From: Sedimentisphaerales bacterium
GTDB taxonomy: Bacteria > Planctomycetota > Phycisphaerae > Sedimentisphaerales > Anaerobacaceae
Direction: 5' to 3'
Length of the DNA: 64,000 nt
Assembly: GCA_040772485.1 (NCBI GenBank)
Contig: JAXGYC010000010.1
Location: 32,001 to 96,000 of the forward strand
Below are positions 1 through 9,360 of this stretch, piece by piece (position 1 is the first letter of the stretch; every line of letters begins with the position of its first letter). The notes under the pieces were generated by a model, which ran no database searches, was not told where the DNA came from, and saw only the letters and a list, made by a program, of their open reading frames with translations. A program made the translations under genes and the position numbers.

Positions 1-1725
1 GCGGTCCAGTCCAAAACCGTCGGGATACGCAAGGGCTACTATCCCGAGCGTCATTGGACCGGCGCGATCACGCCGGCGATCGACACGCAGGACGCTCAAG
101 TGGAAGAAACAGGGCCTGCGGAACCCCTACCCTCTGCACCTTCCGAGGCGCAACCGCAGGAGGCCAACAACGCCTTCTACGAGCAGCACGTGGCGAAGCT
201 GCTGCCCAAGCTGCTGTACTTCTCCGAATGGCACATGATGCAGGGCCGCATCGCAATCGACGCCCTGCTGCACCGCAAACAGAAAGGAGAGCTGACCGGG
301 CCGGACCGGGTCTTTCTGGCCCTGCTGGAGCTGGGGGGAACCAGCGTCGAGGCCATCAGCCGCATCGAGCGGTCGGAGGAGTTGATTGCCGACCTCGAAG
401 ACGCCGCCCGGCCGGTGACCGACGAGATCGGACGTTTCTGGACCCAGGAACGCGACCTGAGGGTCAGCTTTCACCTGTATCCGGGCCGACCGCAGGACCC
501 GTCTCCTTTCGATCGCGGCCTCATTTTCGAGACCCGTATCGTCAACACCCGCACGAACCTGTCGCTGAACTTCGAGGAACGCAGCACCGGTTTCGTCTGG
601 TTCTTCTCCTTCCTGGTCTGGTACGCCGACGTGCGGAAGCGCTACGGAGACAACCTCCTGATCCTGCTGGACGATCCGGGCCTCGGCCTGCACGCCAAGG
701 CCCAGTGGGACCTGATGCGGTATGTCAACGAGCGGCTGACGCCCCACTACCAGATCCTCTACACGACGCACTCGCCGTTCATGATCGACCCCGACCGGAT
801 GGCCTGGGTGCGAACCGTGGAGGACATCACGGACCAGACGCCCCAGGGCGAGCCGAAACCCCTGGGCACGAAGGTGGGAGACAAGGTCCTCAGCACCAAC
901 CACGACACCCTCCTGCCCCTCCAGGCATCGTTGGGCTACCGGATCATGCAGGACATGGCCGGCGGCAAGCGATTGCTGCTGGTGGAAAAGCCCGCCGACG
1001 TGATCTACCTGAACTGGTTCTCCGCAAGGCTCGAGGAGAGCGGACGGCGTGGCCTTGACCCGGCCTGGACCGTTGTTCCGTGCGGCGACCTGGTCCGTCT
1101 GGCCACGCTGGTCGGCCTGCTTGCCAACGATGCGCGAGACTTTGCGGTGCTGTTGAGCCTCTCCGACCAAGACCCCGACGTAGTCAACCAGCGGGAACTG
1201 TCGCGGATGCTGGAGGCCTGCCGGACGCTTCCGCTGCGGCGATACGCCCGGCCGGTCGGCAGCACGATCGAAGACCTGATCGGAGCGCCCGCGTACCCGG
1301 CGCTGATCGATCTGTGCTACAGGCTGCCTCGCAGGCAGAGGCTGGCGGGCACGCTGCTGAACGCCGATGAAACGCCTATTCTCAAGACGATAGCCCTTCG
1401 CATGGACCAGCTCCGGTCGACGACGAGGTCTTTCGATCCGATGTCTCCGGCCGAGTACCTGCTCGGCATCGGCAACAGGAAAGCACGCAAGCTGCCCGGA
1501 ATCCAGGAGGCTCTGTCCCGATTCGAAAACCTCTTTGCCGACCTCGATGCCCCCGTCCGCCCGCGAAGGCAGGATCAGTCCGCCACACCCGGGGAAGGCA
1601 CACCCGCCCGCCAATTGGCCGGATCGTTGCCGTGGGCCATCGAATCGATTCGGCGCAGCGATGCGCCGCGCCCATCGGCCTCGGCGGGCCAGGGATCGAT
1701 TCCACCGGCGAAATCGTCGGGGTGA
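1..1725 (+). CDS. OLD-family ATP-dependent endonuclease-like protein (ABC-type ATPase + TOPRIM), 5'-partial, divergent motifs
   Basis: Frame is open from base 1. Motifs: ERSTGFVWFFSF signature, Walker B LLLDDPG..LH, YTTHSPFMI H-loop, TOPRIM-like LLLVEKPADVIYL. Confidence 0.75.
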   Translation, partial: AVQSKTVGIRKGYYPERHWTGAITPAIDTQDAQVEETGPAEPLPSAPSEAQPQEANNAFYEQHVAKLLPKLLYFSEWHMMQGRIAIDALLHRKQKGELTGPDRVFLALLELGGTSVEAISRIERSEELIADLEDAARPVTDEIGRFWTQERDLRVSFHLYPGRPQDPSPFDRGLIFETRIVNTRTNLSLNFEERSTGFVWFFSFLVWYADVRKRYGDNLLILLDDPGLGLHAKAQWDLMRYVNERLTPHYQILYTTHSPFMIDPDRMAWVRTVEDITDQTPQGEPKPLGTKVGDKVLSTNHDTLLPLQASLGYRIMQDMAGGKRLLLVEKPADVIYLNWFSARLEESGRRGLDPAWTVVPCGDLVRLATLVGLLANDARDFAVLLSLSDQDPDVVNQRELSRMLEACRTLPLRRYARPVGSTIEDLIGAPAYPALIDLCYRLPRRQRLAGTLLNADETPILKTIALRMDQLRSTTRSFDPMSPAEYLLGIGNRKARKLPGIQEALSRFENLFADLDAPVRPRRQDQSATPGEGTPARQLAGSLPWAIESIRRSDAPRPSASAGQGSIPPAKSSG

Positions 1726-4700
1726 TCGCCGTCGCTGTACGCCACGCGGTCCACGCGAATCCAGACCGATCCCGCTTGGCCCTGACCTGCGGTTGAGGCG
1801 GCGGGTTTGGCGATCTGAATCGTCTCACTGCCGTTGGCCAGCCTGCCGCCGCCCCACTGGAGGATGCGCACGCCCGCGGGCGGCGCGTACGTCGCGTTGA
1901 ATGCCGCGACGTCCTTGACGAGAAGCAGACACTGGCCCGGCTGCAACGTCACCGGCGGATCGACCGGCAGCAGCAGCTCGATGCCTGGGTCTTCCGGATC
2001 ATCCGTGAACCGCCAGGGAGCATCCTGCGCCGCATCGTACAGCGTCACAGCGATGTCGCTGACGTTGAGCAGCTCGACGTATTCGGCATCCGCCGAGCCA
2101 GCGGGGTTGTACATGATCTCGTTGATCACAACCGGGCCGACCTTCGGTTCGGCGTTCGCCCGTCCCGGCGTCGCCGCGACCAACGCCACGAAGTCGCCGG
2201 CTCCCATGCTGTCGAGGCATCGGCCCAGCGATACGCCCTGCTCCGATGCGTCGAAGTCTTGCTGTTCGCTGTAGCCGGCCCTTGCGCCGTCTGACGCGGA
2301 GTGCAGATACAGCGTCTCGCCCGTGCGGCTCAGGCCGTACGGCGTCTGGCAGCCCGGATCGGCATCGTTGCCGAAGTGCCGGTCTTTATAGAACACGATG
2401 TAGCCGCCGGGCCCCACGGTCGTTCCGCTCGCGATCCGGTATCGAGTCAGATCGTTCTCGCTGTCGCTGAGGAACCAGCCGCCGATATCGATGGTCTGAT
2501 CCGTCGTGTTGTGCAATTCGATCCAGTCGGGCTGCCCGGACTCGGGATTGGCCATCACCTCGTTGATCACCACCGAGCCGGACGCGATCGTCTCGGCGCC
2601 GTCGTCGAAGCCCGGTGAGCCGCCGGGGTGCACGCTCGGCCGCCAAGCCCGCTTCTCGCCCAAGCCATTCGGATCGACGGTCGCCGGATCGGTCACCGTC
2701 AGGGAGAACCCCTGCCCATCGGTCTGATCGTACCAGCGGTCCCCATACCGGAAGCCGTGGACGATGTGCCCGGCCGCATCCTGTAGCTCGATGTACTCGC
2801 CTCCATTGGCGAGGTTGCCGCTATACTCGCCGGCGATGGGGAAGCCCTGGCCATATCTGGCCTCGAAGAGGCCGGCATTCTCCACTACCAGCACGTACTG
2901 CCCGGGCGCCAGCTCGATGCTGGGGAACGTGAAGTCCACGCCGGCTGTGAGCCGGACAAGGTTCAGGTCGATCGTCTCGACGCCGACGTTGGTCAGCTCG
3001 ATGAACTCGGTGTTCGGATCGGCCGGGTGGTACATCAGCTCGCTGATCCGCAGATTCTCGGCCACCGGCCCAACGGCAAGAACCGCCTCGGCCAGCCCGC
3101 TCCAGGGGCTGTATTGATTGCTCGCCACCAGCACGCGGGCCTTGATCTGCGTGCTGGCGGTGACTGTGATCGGTCCGTCGTAAGTGTAGACCTCGCCGCT
3201 GACCTCGCCGGCCCCCGGCGTGGCGACATGGCCGGCCAGAAGCTCGACCGAGATCAGGAAATCGGAACTGTCCACGGAAAAATTCAGGCCGTGAATCGCC
3301 AGCACGTTGGCCCCCGCCCGCAGCAGTCCCGCTGGCAGCGAGACCTCGAAATCCTCGAAGAGCAGGGCCGCCAGATCGTCGTGGTTTCCTTCGGCGCTGG
3401 AGTTCCACGCCGGGGTGCCCGAGAACATCGTCCGCTGGACCTCGACGCCGTTGAGGTAGGCGACGAAGCCGTCGTCGTACCGCGCCCGCAGAACCATGTA
3501 GTTCAATTCGCCGGGATCGCCCGAGATGACGAACGGGATGCGGATGTAGCAGCTCGAATTGCGCCCGTACATCGGCTCGCGCACGTCGATGCTGAAGAAT
3601 TGCTCGTAGCCGGTGCTGGTCTCGAACCCGACGCCGCCGCTGCCACTGATCCAGGCGGAGTCGTCGAACGCGCTGCCGCCCCGCCAGGCGTCGCTGACTG
3701 GACCGGTCGGCACGAGCACGCGTTTCGATGCGCCCACGGGAACGAGCGTGACCGTCTCGATTGCCGCCGGCGCCGCCTGGGGCGGACGCGGGTCCGAGCC
3801 GTCCAGCGTGTAGTAGATCACACCGCTGCCGGCCGTGTTGACCAGGCTCACCTGACTGCCGGCCTCGACGTGGCCTGCCTCCGGCACGATCTGCGGCGGC
3901 GACACGAACCGGCTGTCGACCCACGTGCAGCGCCGCAACAGCCACTGCTTGAGCTGATCGATCTCGCCCTGGAAGCCGCCGTACCGGGGACCCTGGCCGG
4001 ACCACTTCTGATAGTTGCGTCCCTGCGCCTCCCAAATCTCATCGGCCATCGCATCGATCGTCGCGTCGAGACTCTCCGTGCTGAACGCGCCCCGGCGAAG
4101 CGCGAACCAGCGGTCGATGTACTTCTGCCAGAAATTGGCGTCCTCGAAGAGGCGGTCCCACCAGATGTAGCCGAGATAGTCCGTGCCGTCCCCGGTGCCG
4201 CGCCATCGCTCGGGATTGTCGTCCCGGCCGTCGGTGGAATTCAGCGCCCGGTCGAAATCCCACAGCGGTCCCATCTCCAGCTTTCCGTTGCGATTCTTGT
4301 GCAGGTGCGTGCTCAGCCGAAGCGCATCGACGTTCATCGCCAGCATGTTCAACAGGTTGTGATCGATGAACGAATCCACGTCGATGTACCTGGCGTACCC
4401 GCTGGCCGGATCGGCGAAGTTGGGCCCGTAGAGCGCATCCTCGAACGCATCGAGGTACCCGCGAATCCACGCCGACTGGGCCGTGGTGATCTCCGCCTCC
4501 TTGGGGTCCACGTAGCACAGCGTTCCATCCCCATAGGTCGGGTTGCCCCGCGCGGTGCGGAAGCCGCGGTCGCCGTCATCGGGCCGGTCGATCTTCAGCA
4601 TGTACCCGCCGCTGATCGCAGGCTCGGTGTTGTGCCAGGGTTCGAGCTCCTGGATGTCGACCCGGTCCGGGCCCCTCTTGATCTTCTCCATGAAGATGTA

Positions 4701-7175
4701 CAGCCCGACGTAGTCGCTTGCCGAAATCGTCTCATCGTTCGTATTGAGATACATCTCGACGAATCGGGTCCGCACCGAGTACCGGCCGATCTGGTTGCTC
4801 AGCTCGTGCATCAGCGCGTTGTTGATCAGCGCGCGATCGAAACTGAACGGCGCGTACAGAATCCAGTCCGATTCGGCGGGCATGCCGAAGATCGAGACGT
4901 CCCTGTCCAGGTTGTTCTCATCCCAGGTCTCAAACCCATAGGAGCCCTTGGCCGCCCCGACGGTGCTGCGGCCGCGCCGCTTCATCCCGCCGCGACCGAC
5001 GTAATCCGCCCGGTCGAGCATTCTCGCCCGGCCGTCGTCCCCCCTATCGATGAAGGCCGAACGGACCGCCCGAAACGTCGTGCTGATGCTCTGGCGGCTG
5101 GTGTCGACGATCACAATCGGCAGGTCGGAACTGAAACCGGCCACATCGTTCGCCAGCGCGATGTACGTCTGACTGACCGCCGCACTGGGGGCCTTGTCCG
5201 GCTCGTACGCCCGCGCCACCACCTCCCGCGTGCCCATGATCGCAACCGCATCCGTGTACCGTCTCGACGACAGATTGGGCAATTGGCCATCGGTCGTGAG
5301 CCGAATCTCCGCATTCGGATTGGGCGAGCTCAATTCGAGCAGGATATAGCCCGTGAACGTCCCGCCCGGATGCGAGAAGATCGGCGGCTCGGAAACTCCC
5401 ACGTACCCCGGGCCGTTGGCGCTGCCCGGCGTGGGCTGCGTGAAGTACTGCTTCTCGCTGCCATAGATCCCGTACGACAGGTCGGCCTGCTGAGGGGGAT
5501 AGCCCCGCGCCCCGCCGGCGCCGTCGGGCGAGCCGTACGCGTGCGCCACCTGCAAGTCGGGCCGGACCAGAGCCAGGTACTCGCCCTCGCCGGAAAGCGA
5601 GAAGTTGGCGTGATAGTTACCCGCATCGTCCCGATAGGGCCAGTTGTCCGGGTGGTCCTCTTCCTGCACGCCCGAAGCGAAGACCACCAGAGACTGTCCC
5701 GCCGCCAGCCAGATCGCAGGCAGCGGCCACATCGTCAGATTGTCCGGATCGTCCGTCAGGTACCAGCCGGCCAGATCGACCGACCCCGCGCCGCCGTTGA
5801 GGATCTCGATCCAGTCCGGATACACGGTCCGCCCGGCTACCTTCGTCGAAAGCGCAGTCTCGTTGATCGCCATCAGCTCGGTAATCAGCAGGTCCGAATC
5901 CGGAAGCTCGCTGTACGTGCCGGTCAATTCGGTCGTTTGGCCCCGAGCGATCTGAACGGTCCGGGTCGACGGCCGTCCCCAGACGCCGGCGGAGCCGAAG
6001 TCCACTGTGTACGTCCCCGGAACCAGATCGGCCACCACCGCGCCGCTGGCGCGCCACTCGCCGCCGTCGAGCCGCCATCGCGCCCCGGCCGCCACCGCCT
6101 CGGGCGGCGCCAGCGTCACGCGAAGAGCGCCCGTCCAGTCCTCAAACCACTCCTCCGCCAGCCGGGCGAAATCCGCCAGCGTCACACCGTCGCTGCCGAT
6201 CAGGTCCGCGCAGCCGAGCGGATCGCCCGCGCAACCGGGCCCATCCAGCCACTGCTCGGCCAGGAGCATGACATCGGAGAAGTCGACCTTGCAGTCGCCC
6301 GACAGGTCGCCCAGCGGACACGGCGGCTCCACGACCGAGATGACCACCGTGTCACGACCTTCCTGGTCGCGTTCGTCCCAGACCTGAAGCTGCAACGTGT
6401 ACACGCCCGGCTGGGGGAACGAGACCATCGCATCCGCCTCGGTCTCGGTGCCCAGAAAATCGGGGACCGGCTGGCCCACCGACGACCAGAGAATCTTCAG
6501 ATAGTCCGGATCGACCAGGCCCACGCCGCACGGATCGTCGTCCACGATGGTCGGATGCATCTGGATGACTGTATTGCCCGCCCCTCGCCAAGTGACCGTC
6601 CGGTCGGCGCCCGCATCGACATCGGGCGGCAGTCCCCCCGCCGGAGCGCCGAGGAACTCGACCTCGGCAATCTGCATGCTGTTGGCCCACGCCGCATTGC
6701 GAACCGATGTGAACAGCAGTTGATAATGCGCGTACGCCGTCTTATTGGCGAACGTGATCGGCGTCTCGTTCTTCGTGAATCGAGGCCAGGGCGATGGCTG
6801 GCTGAAGTCCACGATGTCCCCACGGGCAATCAGCGTGTACGGCCCATCGATGCTCACGTTGGAGCCGCTCAGTTCGAAGGCGGTCGGGTCGCGCTCCACC
6901 GCATCGTTGGCGGTGGTCAGCGTCAGGCCCGTGACGATGGTCGCTCCGGCCGACGGCGTCACCTGAAACCCCGTCGGCTGCGTCTCGCCCTTGAAGTGCA
7001 GGTACTTCGTATCGACGTTGTCGTCGATCGCCAGCGGAGGTGATTCGGCGCCGGGCCAGTCCCCATCGTTGGGCACGCCCCGGACGGAATCGCCCGGACT
7101 GGTCACATCGGCCCGCACGCCCGCCGAGGCCAGCAACAGTACGACAGTGAATACGAAGAAATGCATCCGGGCCAT
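1575..7175 (-). CDS. Large secreted CotH kinase / lamin-tail-domain protein with dockerin-like and FN3-associated modules
   Basis: Signal peptide. Repeated LTD motifs (VINEVMAN..DWIEL; INEIMY..EYVEL). CotH core (YGFETWDE, FMEKIK, GPLWDFD). GDLSGDCKVDFSD motif. ATG at 7175 preceded by GAGGG. Confidence 0.85.
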   Translation of the reverse strand: MARMHFFVFTVVLLLASAGVRADVTSPGDSVRGVPNDGDWPGAESPPLAIDDNVDTKYLHFKGETQPTGFQVTPSAGATIVTGLTLTTANDAVERDPTAFELSGSNVSIDGPYTLIARGDIVDFSQPSPWPRFTKNETPITFANKTAYAHYQLLFTSVRNAAWANSMQIAEVEFLGAPAGGLPPDVDAGADRTVTWRGAGNTVIQMHPTIVDDDPCGVGLVDPDYLKILWSSVGQPVPDFLGTETEADAMVSFPQPGVYTLQLQVWDERDQEGRDTVVISVVEPPCPLGDLSGDCKVDFSDVMLLAEQWLDGPGCAGDPLGCADLIGSDGVTLADFARLAEEWFEDWTGALRVTLAPPEAVAAGARWRLDGGEWRASGAVVADLVPGTYTVDFGSAGVWGRPSTRTVQIARGQTTELTGTYSELPDSDLLITELMAINETALSTKVAGRTVYPDWIEILNGGAGSVDLAGWYLTDDPDNLTMWPLPAIWLAAGQSLVVFASGVQEEDHPDNWPYRDDAGNYHANFSLSGEGEYLALVRPDLQVAHAYGSPDGAGGARGYPPQQADLSYGIYGSEKQYFTQPTPGSANGPGYVGVSEPPIFSHPGGTFTGYILLELSSPNPNAEIRLTTDGQLPNLSSRRYTDAVAIMGTREVVARAYEPDKAPSAAVSQTYIALANDVAGFSSDLPIVIVDTSRQSISTTFRAVRSAFIDRGDDGRARMLDRADYVGRGGMKRRGRSTVGAAKGSYGFETWDENNLDRDVSIFGMPAESDWILYAPFSFDRALINNALMHELSNQIGRYSVRTRFVEMYLNTNDETISASDYVGLYIFMEKIKRGPDRVDIQELEPWHNTEPAISGGYMLKIDRPDDGDRGFRTARGNPTYGDGTLCYVDPKEAEITTAQSAWIRGYLDAFEDALYGPNFADPASGYARYIDVDSFIDHNLLNMLAMNVDALRLSTHLHKNRNGKLEMGPLWDFDRALNSTDGRDDNPERWRGTGDGTDYLGYIWWDRLFEDANFWQKYIDRWFALRRGAFSTESLDATIDAMADEIWEAQGRNYQKWSGQGPRYGGFQGEIDQLKQWLLRRCTWVDSRFVSPPQIVPEAGHVEAGSQVSLVNTAGSGVIYYTLDGSDPRPPQAAPAAIETVTLVPVGASKRVLVPTGPVSDAWRGGSAFDDSAWISGSGGVGFETSTGYEQFFSIDVREPMYGRNSSCYIRIPFVISGDPGELNYMVLRARYDDGFVAYLNGVEVQRTMFSGTPAWNSSAEGNHDDLAALLFEDFEVSLPAGLLRAGANVLAIHGLNFSVDSSDFLISVELLAGHVATPGAGEVSGEVYTYDGPITVTASTQIKARVLVASNQYSPWSGLAEAVLAVGPVAENLRISELMYHPADPNTEFIELTNVGVETIDLNLVRLTAGVDFTFPSIELAPGQYVLVVENAGLFEARYGQGFPIAGEYSGNLANGGEYIELQDAAGHIVHGFRYGDRWYDQTDGQGFSLTVTDPATVDPNGLGEKRAWRPSVHPGGSPGFDDGAETIASGSVVINEVMANPESGQPDWIELHNTTDQTIDIGGWFLSDSENDLTRYRIASGTTVGPGGYIVFYKDRHFGNDADPGCQTPYGLSRTGETLYLHSASDGARAGYSEQQDFDASEQGVSLGRCLDSMGAGDFVALVAATPGRANAEPKVGPVVINEIMYNPAGSADAEYVELLNVSDIAVTLYDAAQDAPWRFTDDPEDPGIELLLPVDPPVTLQPGQCLLLVKDVAAFNATYAPPAGVRILQWGGGRLANGSETIQIAKPAASTAGQGQAGSVWIRVDRVAYSDGDHPDDFAGGIDPWPAEADGRGASLRRIDSMAHGNDPANWRAGVPSPGVAD

Positions 7176-7191
7176 AATCACCCTCAAATTC

Positions 7192-7212
7192 GTAGGGTGT
7201 GCACCGCACACC
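7192..7212. repeat. GTAG-type REP-like palindrome
   Basis: GTAG + GGTGTGC-ACC-GCACACC. A related copy at 43893-43913 carries a compensatory change. Confidence 0.6.
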
Positions 7213-7339
7213 AATTCCGTTATCGTCGCTCAATCGCCCGCCGGCCAGATGTGCACCAAGCCCGCCATGCGCATGGGAATCCCCGCATGGTGCTTTCGCC
7301 GCTCCGCCGATTGTGGCTTGTCACCATAAACACACCACC

Positions 7340-7368
7340 ATTGTAGTGATTCGCCCCCCCAAAGTCAA
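7340..7368 (-). promoter_or_regulatory. Sigma70-like promoter upstream of the CotH gene
   Basis: Minus strand reads TTGACT-N17-TACAAT; the spacer contains a G7 tract. Confidence 0.55.
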
Positions 7369-7383
7369 CGCCGCCCGCCGTAT

Positions 7384-7408
7384 GTAGGGGCGAATCATGA
7401 TTCGCCCT
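7384..7408. repeat. GTAG-type REP-like palindrome
   Basis: GTAG-GGGCGAATC-AT-GATTCGCCC. Related copy at 39128-39155. Confidence 0.65.
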
Positions 7409-7449
7409 GGCCAGCCAAAAACTGGGCGAAAGACACGGTTGCGGCCGAT

Positions 7450-7484
7450 ATAAAGAAAGGGAGGGCTACACACGTAGCCCTCCC
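7450..7484 (-). terminator. Rho-independent terminator
   Basis: Perfect 11-bp stem GGGAGGGCTAC/GTAGCCCTCCC with a 4-nt loop, followed by TTTCTTTAT on the minus strand. Confidence 0.7.
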
Positions 7485-7565
7485 AAACCGGCTTCGCTGA
7501 GGATCAGGCAACCTTCGGCAGAACCTCGCAGGAACGACCGAGCCGCCCGGCGAAGCCGGTCTTCT
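7450..7565 (-). ncRNA. Candidate structured small RNA (long hairpin plus terminator)
   Basis: 11-bp closing stem ACCGGCTTCGC/GCGAAGCCGGT. Inner stems rely on G-U pairs available only on the minus strand. Confidence 0.35.
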
Positions 7566-7716
7566 TCTATCGACATGCCCCCCGGCAGATCACGGAGGCG
7601 AAAGCACGAAGTACGAAGCCCGCACAAGGCCGCAGGCTTTAGGCTTTAGTGTTCCCCTCCCGCCTCCAGTCTACGGTCTCCAGTCTGGCCTTTGGCCGTT
7701 TTCGAATTTGCAGTCT

Positions 7717-9035
7717 TCAGGCCTTCGAGCTTGTCTCGGATTTCGACATTCGAATTTCGGATTTGCCAGCCCGGCCGTTGCCGTTGCCGGCCGCTTCGAG
7801 GATCGCGATGATCCGCGAGACACTCCGCTCGCGCCCGAAATGCCGCTCGTAGTATGCCCGCGCGTTGCGGCCCATGCCGCGCTGTAGCGAGGGATTCGTC
7901 GCCAGCCGCCGCAGCACATCGGCCGCCTCCTCGACGTCGCCCGGCTCGATCACGAAGCCCGAGCCGCTGTCGCGCACGATCCGCCCGACCTCGCAGTCGG
8001 CCGGCCCGACAAACAGCGACGGCCGCCCCGCCGCCAGCGTGCTGTATATCTTGCTCGGAACCAGCAGACCCTCCGTCCCCGCCTGCTGGCAGATCAGGTG
8101 AATGTCGCCCCGGGCCAGCAGGGTCGACAGCTCCTGCAGCGGCACGGGCGGCCGAATCTCCGCATCCGCCAGCCGCAGCTCGGCCACCAGCGCGCGAACG
8201 GCCGCCAGGCCCTTGCCGTCGCCGGCGATGAGCACCTTGAGGGCGGCCCGGCCGTTCAGCCGCGCCGCCGCCCGCAGGGCCGTGCCGAGGTCCTGCCCGA
8301 TGCCGATGTTGCCTGAATAGAGGAGGGTTGCCACCAGGGAGTGATGATTGATGATTGGTAATTGATGATTGGCCGCTACAAGCCGAGAGCCACCGGCTCC
8401 GGGCGTTTCGCCGCCGGCCGATCATGGACCGTGACACCCTCCCCGGGCGTCCAGTTGTGCACCGTGTGCAGCCGCCTGGCGTCGACTCCGGCCGCCGCCA
8501 GCCGCTGCGTCATCACCTCCCCCAGCGAGATCACCGCCTCCGCATCCCGATACAGCCTTCGACTGATCCGGCCCAGCGCGCGGCACAACCGGCCCCGCCC
8601 GGCCAGCACACCATACGCCGCCGCAATCTCCGGATACACGTCCATCACCCACAGCACGTTCCGCGTGCCCCGCATCTTGCTCAGCATCCACCCGATCAGC
8701 GCGATGAACGGCGGCGTCGTCAGCGAAAGACACACATCGGGCCTCGCCAGCCGCAGCGCCCGCCACGCCGCGCTGAAGTAGAACGACAGATAGTCCGCCG
8801 CCCGCCCGGCCAGCCGCTTTCGCCCGAAGCCCGTCGTCAGCACGCGATGGACGTGCACCCCGTCGAGCACCTCGTCCGCCGCCGGCGTCAGCGACCCGCC
8901 CCCGTACCGGCGACGACTGCAGATCACGTGCACCTCATGCCCCCGCGCGACAAGCGCCTCGCCCACGTCCGCCAGCAACTGCCCCGTCGCCGCCACGTCC
9001 GGCCGATAGAACTGGTTCAACAACAAGATTCGCAT
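7717..9035 (-). pseudogene. Family 4 glycosyltransferase (WcaI-like) split into N-half (8376-9035) and C-half (7717-8334)
   Basis: N-half MRILLLNQFYRPD..WVMDVYPE..VHNW; C-half LLYSGNIG..VPSKIY..GRP. The halves are in different frames with a heptamer tract at the break. Confidence 0.75.
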
Positions 9036-9045
9036 GATTCGCCGT

Positions 9046-9300
9046 CCCTCGTCGCTCGTGACCCGTGAAGCGTGAAACGTGAAACGTGAAACGTGAAGCG
9101 TGAAGCGTGAAACGTCGCACTTCAGACTTCAAACCTGAAACTTGAAACTCGGCCATAGGCCGCAGTTCGTATCGCGTGAAGCGTGAAGCGTTGAACGTCA
9201 AACTTCAAACTGAAAACTGGAAACTGCCAACTGTCAACCCGGCCGCAGGCTGGAGGCCGCAGGCCGTAGCCATTCATCAATCGTCAATCATCAATCATGA
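9046..9300. repeat. Patchwork of 7-bp tandem repeats (CGTGAAA/CGTGAAG, CTTCAAA, CTGAAAA, ATCAATC) punctuated by GGCCGCAGG-type motifs
   Basis: Directly visible period-7 arrays in the wcaF-GT4 intergenic region. Confidence 0.9.
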
Positions 9301-9360
9301 GCCCCGCTCACATCCCCAGCCCCTTCTCCCGCCGCCGCAGCTCCCGAACCTTCAGGTCAA

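Noticed and set aside
3027..7043. 1338-aa plus-strand ORF and similar long antisense ORFs (e.g. 27665-29524, 44605-46974, 60358-62748)
   Set aside because: Shadow ORFs opposite well-supported genes, expected in high-GC DNA; no recognisable motifs.
8376..8421. Programmed -1 ribosomal frameshift in the split GT4
   Set aside because: No canonical X XXY YYZ slippery heptamer or stimulatory hairpin was seen in the overlap window.
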